Positions 28,009-41,400 of a DNA stretch of 64,000 nt are shown one piece after another; within the stretch, counting starts at the first letter, position 1, and every line of letters begins with the position of its first letter. Source of the DNA: Phoronis australis (lineage: Eukaryota; Animalia; Phoronida); NCBI GenBank assembly GCA_002633005.1, contig NMRA01000052.1, forward strand, positions 1,208,708 to 1,272,707, in the 5' to 3' direction. The position numbers and the translations under genes were made by a program. A model generated the notes under the pieces. It saw nothing but the letters and a program-made list of their open reading frames with translations. It did no database searches and had not been told where the DNA came from.

Positions 28009-28173
28009 ACTCACCGATTTTTGTCTCATTACTTTGATACGTGTCTCTTCCGATAAGTTAGTACCTAACGTGCAGACGAGAACTCCAAATTGGAACGCTA
28101 AGTCCCGCGTGGTTGCGCTGCACGCGAAACAAGATGGCGGACGAACTTTGGAGCCTGACGAAAATAGGTAACC
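28009..28173. promoter_or_regulatory. Candidate bidirectional promoter / first exons of ESF1 (-) and GCC1 (+)
   Basis: CpG-rich stretch with a minus-strand donor GTGAGT (28014-28009), a YY1-type CAAGATGGCGG (28130-28140) and a plus-strand donor AG|GTAACC after 28167. Confidence 0.5.
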
Positions 28174-28986
28174 GGACGATATAATTGGCCACGAACTATT
28201 GCCTAGCTGGTAGGCGAACGTCGGCGAACGAGCCCTGGAAAGGATTACGATTCAGGAGCTTTCAAAAGATGAGTTGAACTGTTTTAAGTTACCTTAAGAT
28301 CCTGAAGAAACGAAACGAGTTCAATCCCGAAGAGTCAACGACGGTGAACAGTGGTGAATCTCAACACACACATGTGTTTTGGAAACCCGGAAATCAGAAT
28401 AACATAAACAATCAAATGAAGATTTTCTATCAATGTTGTTGCTTTGCTTAGGGTTCATTGATAAAAATCAAATATTCGATACAGATATCAAAATCTTTTT
28501 GTTTCTATTATATTCACTTGGAATTGGCATTACATGATTTTTTAACTAATCTGTTTTTACTGCAAAGTTTAGAAATGTTCACTATGTGACACGGAAATTG
28601 GACTTGTTGGCATTGTCAGAATCACTGTTAACCTTGCCTTCTTTTTATCGTCATTGTCTTCTTGTGTGAAGTCAAAATTCGACTTACACTCAAGGGAAAC
28701 ATATATCTTTTAGTCGTATACATAAACTATGTGCATGTATGTGCACTATCAGCTGATGATCAGAGTGAGGTGAGTTGCCTGCTACCTGTTTTGCTACACC
28801 CGGGTAACGAGTAGACAGTGCCACCGTCTGTGCGTAGCACTAGCAGTAGACACTGTCTGTGGCCATCCCATAGGCCCTTCGTACGCCGGAAGCTTTTCAG
28901 CGAGTTATGCCTGTCGCTGATTAAACCATCAAAGTCACATTGCTACAAGTACCTTTTGCACATAGAGACGATAGAGTCATAGAAGG

Positions 28987-31900
28987 CAGGGCTCGCCCTT
29001 ATGAAAAAGCTTCAGGAAATTCTAATCCCGAAAGCCAGTGAGAATCTCACTGGATTCCAGTTAGATCCCAGTGAGAATCTAACTAATTAAAATGCCATTT
29101 AAATTAATGAGAAAAAATTCTCACTCTAGTGAGAATACAGTGGTATTCCAGTTAGAATTCAGTGAGAATCTAACTAATTTGCATAGCATTCCCAGTCAGT
29201 GAGAATTTGTCTTACAGAAATTCTCACTCAGTAGGAATGCTATGCAAATTTGTGAGAATTTGTGTTATTGAAATTCTCACTGAGTGAAAATCTCACTGGG
29301 TGAGAATTTTGAACTTAGAAAATTTTGTGTGTGCCTTTTATACAGACACTGACTGTTCATAGATGAGATCGAGATCAAAGCTTTTTTGGTAACCAAAACA
29401 CTGCTTATTTTGTGAGTTTATATTGAAATTAGACTAAGGATACAATTTAATTGCAAATTGTGAAACATAAAAGACATAAACTAACAACAATAATGCCTTT
29501 GGTGAATCAGCAAAATATTGAAAACTCAGCTGTCAACACAGAATGAAGACATCAGTCTAATACTCGTGCTTCATGCACTCTACTAGATGTATGAAATGTA
29601 CTAACCTTAAGCATGTTAACACATAAAATCAGTCCAGGGTCCCCTCTAGTTGACTTGCAGACAAACTGTTCAGTAATTTCACAATATTTGTGAGAAAAAC
29701 ATCAACAATCTTCATTTCTCCAACTGCTCATTCCTGGCGCCATTTTAGTTTGAAATTCAGAAATCTGGTTCAACTGAAATTTTCCATAGTTACAGCCAAT
29801 CAGGGTGTTTGTTTATCTTAAATTCTCACTGAATTCTCACTCCAATTTTGGCAAGTCTAAATTCTCACTCAATTCTCACTCAGAATTTTTCTAAGACCAA
29901 AATTCTCACTGGATTCTCACTGTTACATAACATTTTCTCCCTCATTCTCACTGACTGCCCCTGTTGTTCAATTCCCACTGGGTTCTCACTGGCATTTCTA
30001 ACTATAATTGGTGATTTAGTGAAAATCTAACTGGAATCTAACTGGAATCCAGTGAGATTCTCACTTTCTTTTTCGTAAGGGCGACGCTATTCAAATCGCA
30101 GGGTCGCATTTTGCGACTTAGCCAAAATCCCAGGTCGCATTTTCAAAATCCAGCTCGCATTCGTAAATGCCAGGTCGCAAAAATTTCCTGCCATTTTTAC
30201 CCTACAAAATAGATTTTCTAGATCACTGAGAAAATGTTTAGATTATGCTCTTACCTGCAGCGTTAAATACTGACAAATTTCAGATCGCAAAATTGAGTTC
30301 GTTCATGCACGTACGGTATTACTGTTTTTCACGACTGCCATTGAAAGGCTCTAAAAGCGCAAGGCACGTTGACGATGTGAAAGTTGAATCAGTGCTCTCT
30401 AACTAACTCGTGCATTCGAGTAGCTAAGTAAAGCGATGTGAAAAGAGAGAAAATGCCCATTGAAAAAGTATCCGCGATTTAACTAGGTCTGACCTGCTAC
30501 TGACTGTCATCAAAGTCGTTAAAGATCCAAACTACCTCGGAGTGCAAATTCCCTCCATTTTTTGTTCGCAACCCAAATTTTGCAACTTAAGTCGACATTT
30601 GAAAAACATCTGTCAGAAAACCCGTGAAATGATGCCCTAACCAAATGACGTATTTGTATGTGCGGGAACAATTCAGTGCAAATGTCACAACAAAAATGTA
30701 ATACTTATGCTGTTTACGTGCTCAACAATTAGTTTTCTATGAAATGAATAGCCTCGAAATAATTCCCGACAGCGTGCGGGATTCCATCGCGTGATTCGAG
30801 TTTCCTCCTCAATACCTTCCAAGTACGGGAAAAGTAGGTAAGTCACAAAACGACACGCATGTCACCAGTGTTAATTTTCTTTCGGAGGTATGAAACAAAG
30901 CCGGGATTTGGTTTTTACATATTGAGAAAAGACGTTTTTGAAAACTGAATTTGTTGTGTAAAATGAGAGTGACACACTATATAGGCTGCGTGTCAATTTT
31001 AAACCACGCGCGGTCATTTGTAGTGCGGAACATGATTGTTTCTAGGAGTCTGAACATTTTACGGCGACGGTTGTCCGGGGAGCGAAAACTTGCCAGGGGG
31101 TGTATGAAGAGAAGAATAAAAAGTTCGCTGACCACAATTTCACATCTAGTACCCGTTTAGTTGCAATAGCTGGCTACGGGCATAGAGTATAGGGTTTAGG
31201 GAACATCCACCTCACATCCACCTCGGGAAACATCATCACAGGAAATATCAGTTCTGGGTTATATCTGTCCCGGAGAATATCGTGAAACATTGGGTCTTTT
31301 ATAACCGCCAGGAATCTGTGAGTTCATTTTCAAATAAATCACTGGCACGTACCCGGGTGCTTAACAGAGCCAAGCCGGTATACTCTTTCATTTAGGACTG
31401 TAGCTGTTCTTTTTTGATTTCCAGCTTTGAAGTGGTACGCACGCATGAGTTCACGCACTTGAATCGCTGGAGTAGGCCTACACTTTACGTTGGCAACAAC
31501 TTGAGAAAGTCAAATCATATTTCGCACACGTAGCCCCAGAAACAAGTAAAGGGATCAGAGAATTTCTTGGTAACTGAAAGTAAAGACGTGGCCGTCGTAT
31601 GGCGATTAATAGGGTTGTCATTTTCACTTTGGTTGTCATATGCAAAAAAAAATGAGACGCACATTTCTAAGTAACGATTGTCTGCTGGGACCGCTTGCGC
31701 GCTAACAACGGGACCGATTAGTGCCGCAGTGCCGGCAATATCAGGCGGATATTTCGAACATGTAATAAAGACATCTTGCGCGAAAATTAACATATTTGTC
31801 CACCACAAAGTTTGATAAGTTGATCGCTTAATAATTAGTAGAAACACTGCCATTTTGCGACATTTCATCCCGTGTTATGCAGTGGCCCGAAACTTTCTGG

Positions 31901-32255
31901 CCCGAATCCGGAAATTTGCAAAAGTGGCTGAAAATGTTAGTCAATAAAACGCGTCAAAGATCGATTTTGCACATCCCATGTTCACGCGACTTGCTTAAAT
32001 GTACAAGTCATCGGGAGGGCTGTTCTAGGCTGTGTTCTTTTGAACTTGGATTTGGCAACAACTAAATAACGATCGGATTAACATGAGTTGTTCTATATTT
32101 GCCAGGTATCTGCCGAGAAAGTAAAAACTCAGCTTGCATACGTTGGAAATTCCAGGTCGCATTATGCAACTTGATACGAGCTGACAAAAATCTAAGCTCG
32201 CATTTCCAAATTTCAGGTCGCAAATGCGACCTACTGCTCATTATGTCGAGCCCTG
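28987..32255 (+). mobile_element. Non-autonomous hAT-type element with a 5-bp TSD (hAT5-like)
   Basis: TIR CAGGGCTCG[insertion]AC / GTCGAGCCCTG, TSD GAAGG at 28982-86 and 32256-60, subterminal ggtcgca/tgcgac repeats. Confidence 0.8.
28996..30081. mobile_element. EnSpm/CACTA-like non-autonomous element inserted in the left TIR of the hAT element
   Basis: TIRs CCCTTATGAAAAAG / CTTTTTCGTAAGGG, 2-bp TSD CG, dense subterminal GTGAGAAT/ATTCTCAC arrays at both ends. Confidence 0.8.
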
Positions 32256-32334
32256 GAAGGACACCTTAACCTTTAGTAAGGCTAAGGTTAGGAGTCCGTG
32301 GATGTCTTTAATTCCTTCCAACTCAAACAATTGC

Positions 32335-32492
32335 CAGTGGCGGATTTAGAGGGGGGCCAAGGGGACCATGGCCCCCCTAAAATTATCACAGATTCCATTT
32401 AGCAGTACGGGGATGCGAATGTCTGACGGTCAAAATCCTGGGTAATTCTCTGCCCTGGCCCCCCCTAACTAAAAATCCTGGATCCGCCCTTG
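32335..32492. mobile_element. MITE with a 5-bp TSD (inverted sister copy at 60876-61002)
   Basis: CAGTGGCGGATT...GATCCGCCCTTG, TSD ATTGC. Confidence 0.8.
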
Positions 32493-33235
32493 ATTGCTGT
32501 CATAATCAAATTTTTTTCGAACAGTCCTTCCAGTTGCCTAAATCGGCAACTGGCCATTTTTACACTGCTCGTGCCAGGGGACATGACGTTATATCTTCTG
32601 GCGTGAGCAGTGTAAAAATTGCCCATGGCCTTTACAAGCTGAATTTTCACTGGCACGCTTTTGAAATACTTGGTTATTGTACTCATGGTTGTTTTTTGAC
32701 ACAGTGTGGACCAGACGTCAGTTCTCGTAATAGGAGATAAGAACGTCAAACACTTCCTGCAGTCATTTATTATTGTTATTAGACATACTAGTAACAAATC
32801 ATGCACTTCTGTTTAAAGGTTTACTTTGAATTTTTTCTGCGGCTATTTTGAAGTTTATCGACCTGTGGCCACTGCACCCGAGTGCCAAATCGAGGTAGTT
32901 TCCTGAAATTGCGACACTGAGTAACATCCAGTGGAAGTTGGATTCCCCGGCTTGTTGCAAGTGACGACTTAATTGTAATTCTTTTGATGGTTTGTACATT
33001 GGAGAAGTTAAAGAAAGTACGTTGTGGGTGTATGCATTTAAGAAAAGAATGACCTCTACGTGCAGGACTGTGAAAAAAATTTTGGTTGTCTGTTCTGACA
33101 GCTGATTAGAAATTCATCTCCTCTGCGGCTAATTTTTGGTGTTTTCGCCTGTACGTAATCAAACTTTGCAGCAAGGAGGCCGATAGTCTTGTCACTGATT
33201 CTGATCAGTAGTTCATAGGAATCTAGTTCTTCCAT

Positions 33236-33560
33236 CAGAGCTCAGCGCTATGAAAATCGGCAGGTCACATTTTGCGGCGACCGAGCCAAAATCCCAGATC
33301 CCATTTTCAAAATCCAACTCGCACTCATAAATGCGTGGTCACAAAATTTTTCCGTCATTTTTGCAAGCCAAAATTGATTGTGTAGAACATCGAGAAAAGA
33401 GCTCAAGGCTGGTTGCCGACGTGAAAGTTGAATCAATGCTCTCTAACTTACAAGTAGATAAGTTTGCATTTGTGGGAAGGGAAGAAATGCTCGTTCCAAA
33501 ACTTTCCGTGATTTTGCTAGGTCTGATCTGCTACATGACTGTCATTAAAGATCCAAACTA
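33236..33560 (+). mobile_element. Truncated second copy of the hAT5-like element
   Basis: Aligns by eye with 30084-30532 (agccaaaatcccag..gtgaaagttgaatca..ctaggtctga..aaagatccaaacta). Confidence 0.75.
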
Positions 33561-34697
33561 ACAGAGTGCAAGGAAAGTCAAATATAAGCCCTGAAGTTAG
33601 AGACACTGGGCTTTCAAATGACACCAGAAATGTTAAATATAGACACAATTTTAATTTTTTTTTTGTCTCTTGGTTGACTTTTTCACAGAATTGCCCTCCT
33701 ATTACTAATTTAATATAATCCAGTCACGTATGCGCATAAAATGAGTCGTAGTATAAGAACCAACAGCAATGGCAAAAGCTTGAGCAAAGATCAAACCGTA
33801 TATATGAAGAGGGCAAAACCTCTTCAGTAATGGACGCATCACAACTACAGTTGTATGGTGTTGCCAGCATTTCGCTACTGCATGAGTAATGTGGTAATTT
33901 ATGCTATAGATACCATCATGCGCGTATGAATTTAAAGCAAATTAATCTTATTTTCCCGACTTTCCATGAATTGTGTTGTCACGGCAGTATCTATGGAGAA
34001 AAGTTGTCCTCTTTGGGACAGTCTCAAAAATTTGGGGCATTGAAATGCAAATCAAATATCTTGATCCTGAAGAGTAGCACGGTGGCAATTTAGAGATTTA
34101 TCACATTTCTTATTTTGGACATTGCGTTTTTAACTACAGAGTCTGAAAACAGACTTGGCAGTTCATAAAATGGTCGAAAATATATATCACTCTGACATTT
34201 TCATTGGTCTCCATAGTGTGTAATAGTGAAATGAATAAGCATTGATCGTCATTCTTGATGGCCAATATTTCTGATATTTCAAATTTGGTACAAGCTCCGA
34301 TCGTTAGTAATTATTTTTTTCATTTTCATTGATTAGTGCAATGTGAAGAATTTCTACCAAAGTTGAGATAGTGTAGTTACTTTTGGTCATTGCAAAACAC
34401 TATTGAGATTTTGTTGTCTGTTGAATTAACATGATATATATAACATGCTGACCTCATTAGAAACTTGGCCTGTTCCATGACATGTACTTCATTTGTATTG
34501 GAACTAGCCTCACCATTTCTCCTTATCACAAGCACTGAGTTCATTGTGTGTAACAGGGCAATTATCCCATGATAGCATTTATAGTGATGACTGTATAGGA
34601 CACTGGCTGAAATAAATTGCAATATCATTCACTGAAAGTAGCTTTTCAGCTGTTGGCTTCTGAAATTAAATTTCTTATGAAATGATTGGTGAAATGA

Positions 34698-35245
34698 GTT
34701 TGATGTGCCCACATATTTATATGTGGGTACATATTGTTGTCATCTCTGTCTAGGTGTTCAGCATCCAGCATCCGCTGCTGTTTCTCCTATTACCCTAGAA
34801 GGATCTTATTGACATTTTGTAGTCTTCAGTTCCTATGAATCTGACGTCGGATGACGACAAATTTTTTACCCATCCGAATACCACTGTGCCCCCTAGTGGC
34901 ATTTTTCTTTTTAAGTTTGCATCTTTATCTTCATTGATGGATTTTTATGAAATAAGGCAAATAGGTTGTTATTAATGAGATGATGATGCCATTCCATTTT
35001 TGGACTTATTTTGTGTATTTTACACCACCTCGTGGCCATTTTTGTTAAATTTACGAAGGCCACAACTGACGTTGACTTTTGGATCGTTCCGACTGCTGTG
35101 TCACCCCTTAGTGGCGATTTTGTTTTTGTCTCTGTGGTCGATCTCCATAATGCTATGAGGGAGCTTTGTGAAATTTGAAAAATGTGTTCCTAAGCATCCT
35201 ACGAGAAACAGTTACAAGTGTTGAACAGATCCGAATGCCACTGTG
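34698..35245 (+). mobile_element. HINE/DINE-1-like element, partial
   Basis: 5' hairpin GTGCCCACAT-attt-ATATGTGGGTAC and internal repeats with GTGCCCCCTAGTGGC (34886) and CACCCCTTAGTGGC (35102). Confidence 0.65.
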
Positions 35246-35457
35246 TAGACTGATGTACAGTAGGTTAAGTCGGAACTTGTAAATTTGTACCTTACGTGGC
35301 TGTTACTGTTTTGAACGTTGTTACATGGTTTGACTGAAATAGAACTGCAATATACTAAAGAGAGTAATTTTACGTTTCAGAGACATGAGTCAAGGAAATG
35401 GTGCATGAGAAATATTCTTGTTGATAATCTTGACTAATTGTTGATGCCTCCTCAGCC

Positions 35458-38400
35458 ATGGATAGTGCCACCAGAGCTGAACTCATTCAGACTGTAGAAG
35501 CACAGAATGACAAGATTTTGCGCTACCAGAAAAAGCTTGGAGGTAAATTGCGTCTTCCAAGAAACCCTCATACACATTTATTATAATGAAAACTTGTGCT
35601 AATGAACGCGGTTAAGTGTATATGACACAGAAGAATTGCTTAGGGGACAAGTCACTCTTGATATGCACACAGTGGCACATAAAATAAAGAGATAATATTG
35701 GTGAAAGTTTGATTCAAGCTCAAAATTAAATTTGTGGATTCAATGCAAATTTTATGCTGATCTGCAGTCCTGGATTTCTCATACTTGAGAAAGTTGGATC
35801 ACTGAGAAATTTTAATTTCTACAGTTTCTTTTAATTTCTTGAAGTAGTATATTGAACAAACATACTCCTGGAGAGAAATTGTCCTTCCCTTAAATAAAAA
35901 AGTGTTGGAATTGTCTGCATAAGTTTCTCTGACCAGTTCCAGAGGCTATTCTAAATTATGTAAATTTAGTATATTACCATAATGGCATCATTCTGCCACA
36001 ATTTCTTCCTTATTTTGGCATTGTTGTTCCCAGCTTCAAAATAACAGACATCATTCCTGGCCATTATTTCAGATTTGGTTGGTGCCTACAAAGGTTTGGT
36101 GAAGGAGAAAGAAGCTCTTGAAGCCAGTGTGCAGGCACTGTCCAGTCAGACGGTGACAGAAAATGAACCTGAACAAACAGATGATGGCGAAGGGGCAACT
36201 GAGGATGTCACAGATTCGACGACTATTGAGGCCTTCAGTGATCCACTTAGTGCCGTGGTCAGTACTGAAAATGTGTTGCAGTCTGGAAATGTTTTCCCTG
36301 CTGGTAGCTAGCTAAGATGACACAAGAAAATTCTGGTTTTATGTTGTCTTTCTTTGTCGTTTAACCTGATGTATGATAGGGGAGGGTTACGTGCTTGTTT
36401 GACTGGATGTCATCTATTTACATGGGTATCAATTGGCAATTTAAACACAATCCTGTTAGAAACCAAAACTTTTCAAGGCCTCTCAGGTTCTTTTACATTT
36501 AGAACATTACTTTTGTGTATATGTTTTCCAGTATGTTTTTGTTTGACTTTTATTAATTCTGATTCAATCCTTTGGATTTGAGCTTCAGCGACTTTGGGAC
36601 TCAATGAAAACTTTAAGAACACGTGGATAATGAAAGCATTTGAATGTTGGTGGCAGCATAGAGCACTTGCTTAAACATCTGATCTACAGTTCCGCAGGCT
36701 GCTGTGAATAACGGCTGCAGTAAAACTGTCCTGCCTTCTTGCAGCACTTGCAAGAGAAGTAATTATTCTGCATTTGAGCAATGTAAGCTCTTTCAGGGCT
36801 TCAATAGTAAACTTTACTGTAATGCTCCTTGAAGCTAGGGCTTTTGACTAATAGAAGCTGCCAGGGGCTCTTGACTAACAGAAGCTGGGGCTCTTGACCA
36901 ATAAAAACTGTGGCTCTTGACTCATAGAAGCTGAAAATCTTGACTAGTACAAGCTGAAGGTCTTGACTAATAGAATCTGGGACTCATGACTAATAAGAGC
37001 CAGTGCTCTTGTCAGTAATAGAAGTTGGGGCTCTTGACTAGTAAAAGCTGGGGCTGTTGACTAGCGAAAGCTGAGGCTGTTGACTAATACAAGCTGGGGT
37101 TCTTTAGTAACGGAAGCTGAGGCTCTTGATTTAAGCTGGGGCTACTGACTAATAAAAGCTGACTGCTCTTGACTGATACAAGCTGGGGCTATTGACGTTT
37201 AGAAGCTGGGGCTCTTGACTATTAGCAGCTGAAGCCCTTGATTAATAAAAGCTGGAGGTTCGAAAGTAGCAAACAGTGATTGTAGATTAGTCTGCTATTC
37301 TAGTAAGGTTTCATGCAGTTGTTTTGAGGAAACAGTGACCACATCTCTTCTCGTTGAAAAACGTGAAAATTGCGGAGCAAATAACTTCTGATTTTTAGAT
37401 AATCCGATGTTAGTTGGGTGGAATTTGTCAGCATTTTGATACATTATGAAGCATAAATTACACCTTTTTGTATTAATTTGAATGAAGTCAATATAATATC
37501 TTCATGAATTTTTAGTTTCGCTTTCATTGTGACTGACCTGTAATTCACTGTATATCATCGTCCTCAGGGGAAAGTTGCAGATGTTGGTCAAACTGATGTA
37601 CTCAAGTTGAAAGAGCAGTTAGCAACACTCGCCAACTCGCTATCAACCGTTAGTCAGGAGAAGTCCAAAATGGAAGCCAACTATCAGGCTGAGAAGAGAA
37701 CACTCAAGGTATCGAACACTGTATATTATTTTTCAATATAGTTTAGTATAGTTAATAGAGAAACAGTTGTACAAACGAACAAACTTCTACATCATTGGAA
37801 GAGATGGCGATGTTTGTGAAAATTCGCAACTTTAGATGGTCAGCTATTCATGGATACGCAATGTTTCCATGATCAAGGATTACATATTAAACAATTTTTT
37901 TTCATGGGTAATTAATTTGGAGATGACAAAGAAACATGGCTTTTGATAATCTAGGTGCTGGATAGGTACAATCAACCAATGAAAATGTCTTTTTAAAGGA
38001 TACGAACATGTAGAAAGACAACTTTGAGGTTTAAGTTGGTTTCTTGGTTAACTGGTTACCAGCTTCTCTTGTGGATTTCAGTCAGTGAAATCTGTTGTGA
38101 AATTGATGGTCTTTTATTTCCTGATTCACAGAAAGAATATGAAGAAAGAATTACAGATCTAGAACAAAGTGTTGCAAAGTATTCAAAGGAAATGGATGCC
38201 TGCAGTATACAGTTGTCAGAGGTGAATTGCTTTAGTGTTTGTGATCTTGAAATTTGCCCCAGTGCCAGATTTCTCATACTTGATAATATTAATCAGTCAA
38301 AGAAAACATTTCATCAGTTTGTTATGATTTAGAATAGAATCATAGTTCAGTTCTAATGTTATCAAGTCATATTCAACATCTACTTTGAATGCTGAGACCT

Positions 38401-41400
38401 CCAATCATTTGATCTTTGGCAATTTTAGCAACAAAAATGTTAATTTTATTAACTTAATCCTAAAAAATTGGTCTAGACTTGTTCCAGAACTTGGAGAAGA
38501 AGTTATTTTGGGGGTTGGAAAGCATCAACGAATTGCACGAGATCAATGTCAAAACTTTGACCTATTTTGTTCTTTATTCTCCAAAAAACAGTTTGCCTGA
38601 CACTGACGTATGATTTATATACTAGGCGTTTTATTGTTCAACCATTCAACATACTAGATCAGAATATTTTGAGGGTGCAAATATGTCTCTGGAGGAGAGT
38701 ATTTTTCCTCAAAACCAGCTGCAATGTGGCTTATTTTTCATTGTTACATTGGCAGAAAGTGCCTCATATATGTCATGATTGAATGGATGTTGATGTTTGT
38801 ACTATGTGTTTCGTCCTAGCTCAAATCACGAATCAGAAGTCAACAGCATGAGCGAGATAAAGAACAAACTGATCACGTGTTGCAGCTGAAGGAATTACAG
38901 AACCTCCTTGCATCTGAGAGAGAAAAGGTGAGAACTGTTTGGTTTCTATGTACCCACGTACTTTATGTAGGTGCATAGTGCTGTCAAGTCTGGCATCCTG
39001 CTCCTGGCGTCCTGTAACTGGTGTCCGCTGCTGTTTGTCTTGAACTACTTGCAGTATCTTCATAGAATTTGCTAGATGTGTTCCTATGAAGCTGACGACA
39101 GATGATTGTGATTTTTGGAGGGATTCTACAACTGTTGTGTCCTCTAGTGGCAATTTTCATATTTTTTTATGTTTGTCACTCGATCTGCCCAGTTCCTTGA
39201 ATCAAGAATTTTTCAAAATTTGCAAATAGGCTTCAGGTTGAGATAACTATGATACCTTTCCTGTTTCGAATGGATTCGATGGGAGTATGCTATCGTTATT
39301 ACTTATTATTATTTTAAATTTTGCAGGACGGTTTATTTGTATTGAAGAGAGGATAGCTGGGTACAGTTCAGTAACTTTGTTAGCTTACCTGAGTTATTGC
39401 CGTGTATTTTATATGAGAACGTGATTTTGGCTAGATTTTAGCATGGTCCTAGCAAAGTCCTAGCAAGGTGCTAGCAAGGTCCTAGCAAGGTCCTAGTGTT
39501 ACTGAACTCTGTCCTGGTGTTGATTTTCTACTGAGTTGGAAAACTGTTGCGCCTCCTAGTGGCATTTTTGTCTGTCTCCATGTCCACTAAGTTCCTGAAT
39601 GGATTAACATGAGATTGATTTACATGCTCCTATAGAGGAAGGCACGACTGGTGTTGACTTTGGAATGAGAAGAGTACCCTAGATGCAATTTAGGCTTTCT
39701 TTGAGTGATCCTCTATATCAGCTAAAATTGAGGTGATTTTTGGACTGTCCACGGCTGAAGAAACAGTTTGTAACTGCTTGAGACCAAGTTCTGTCAGTTA
39801 CTTAGTCATGATGACAAATCATTTTATGCGCCAAGCATCTTCTGAACCAATAACAAATTGTCTGCTTTTTCCAAGTCCAGAAATCTCGTCTGATGTAAGA
39901 AAAGAACTATTTTGAGACCTCCACAGTTTTGTAGTCAGTGGTCTTAGTTTCTTTGATGGAGTGTGGGATTATATAGCTATTTTAAATTGCATGGATTAAT
40001 TAATCAGAAATATTAGTACAAAAAGGAAATAATTTAACAGAATGCATTACCTACATTCATTTTGGTAGTACTGGAGGCAGTCAGTTGCAATAACATCATC
40101 CGTTGAACAAACTCTGTTTTGTGATATTTGATAGTCAACCAAATCTGTTTACACATAGTGTATGAAAGCCAATGAATATAATAATTATCAAATATGATAA
40201 AAATATTAAAACTCAAAAAAGTTTACACACAACTACACAAACAAATAATATATGATCATGTTACAATTGGTTTTCGTTGCCCGCACAGTATGATAAGCTA
40301 AGAGAAACCCTGAAGCAAAAGGAGAATGAGGCCATCCTACGTGAGGAGTACGAGCATAAAGTGCACTCCCTGTCGGAGGAGTTGGAGGTGGTGCGGCAGC
40401 GACTGAAGGAGTCTGAGGACAAGTCACAGGCACCCTCCCCTTTACTGCTGGATCTGCAGAGGGAACTCGCAGAAATGAAGGTAGGAAAGCTAACAGCGCA
40501 TACATGAACATGCAGTAGTTGTTATCATGTTATGTATACTGTTGGGTGTTCTTCGTATTTATTTATCTGTTGCCGAAGATGAAATATATTGAAACGCTGT
40601 TTCTTCATTATGCAAAACAGCATCATTCTTGGCACACAAAATTTGTCAGAACCTGAGATGAGGTTGCATTTACTCCTACAACTGGGCAACTGAAAATGTA
40701 CACTGAGCGGTATCATTAATGAACTTTTTACAAGCTTTATGCAGACATGTAATTAAAAATATAGTTTCAATGAATACTGCTCGTTTCTGCTGTGTCAAAT
40801 TTCCAAACCTGTCCTGTGAAGCAGCCCACTCTGGCTCACGATACTTTATGGTGAACTCACTATGTTCCATGTAATGCTGATAAATAAAGGTCCCTCTTTT
40901 TTACATCTGAGTAGACTAAGAGCAGACAGCGGTTCATCAGTGTGAGGGTTTTTTGTGATAAGGGACCCGTGTATCACACCTGAATTGAGGCATTTCCGTT
41001 GGAAGGTCTCTTGCTTTACTTGCATCACCTATTGAATTTTTGAGTTCCCATTTGTACAATGTCATCTGATGTGAGTGTTGACTCATTCAGTTTATTGTTT
41101 TCTGTTCCTTGAGTCGAACAGGGGACTGTTTCATGGAAAATGACTTCCAGTGTTAAAAATTAAGAAGGAAATATGGTCTTGCGCTCCACAAAACTATATC
41201 TGATAAATCTCGCTTTAGTGAGAGTATATTCTCTGGGAATGTACCCATAACTACTAGTTCCTGACTGAGATAATTTGCATGGATTATTTCTTGGTTGTCA
41301 GGTACTAATAAGAACATGACTAGACCTCTATTCAGAAACTGTGAAGAGAGAGCAGGAGATCAAATTTCTGTCTTAAGTCTTAAGTCTGTTTTCATGAAAT

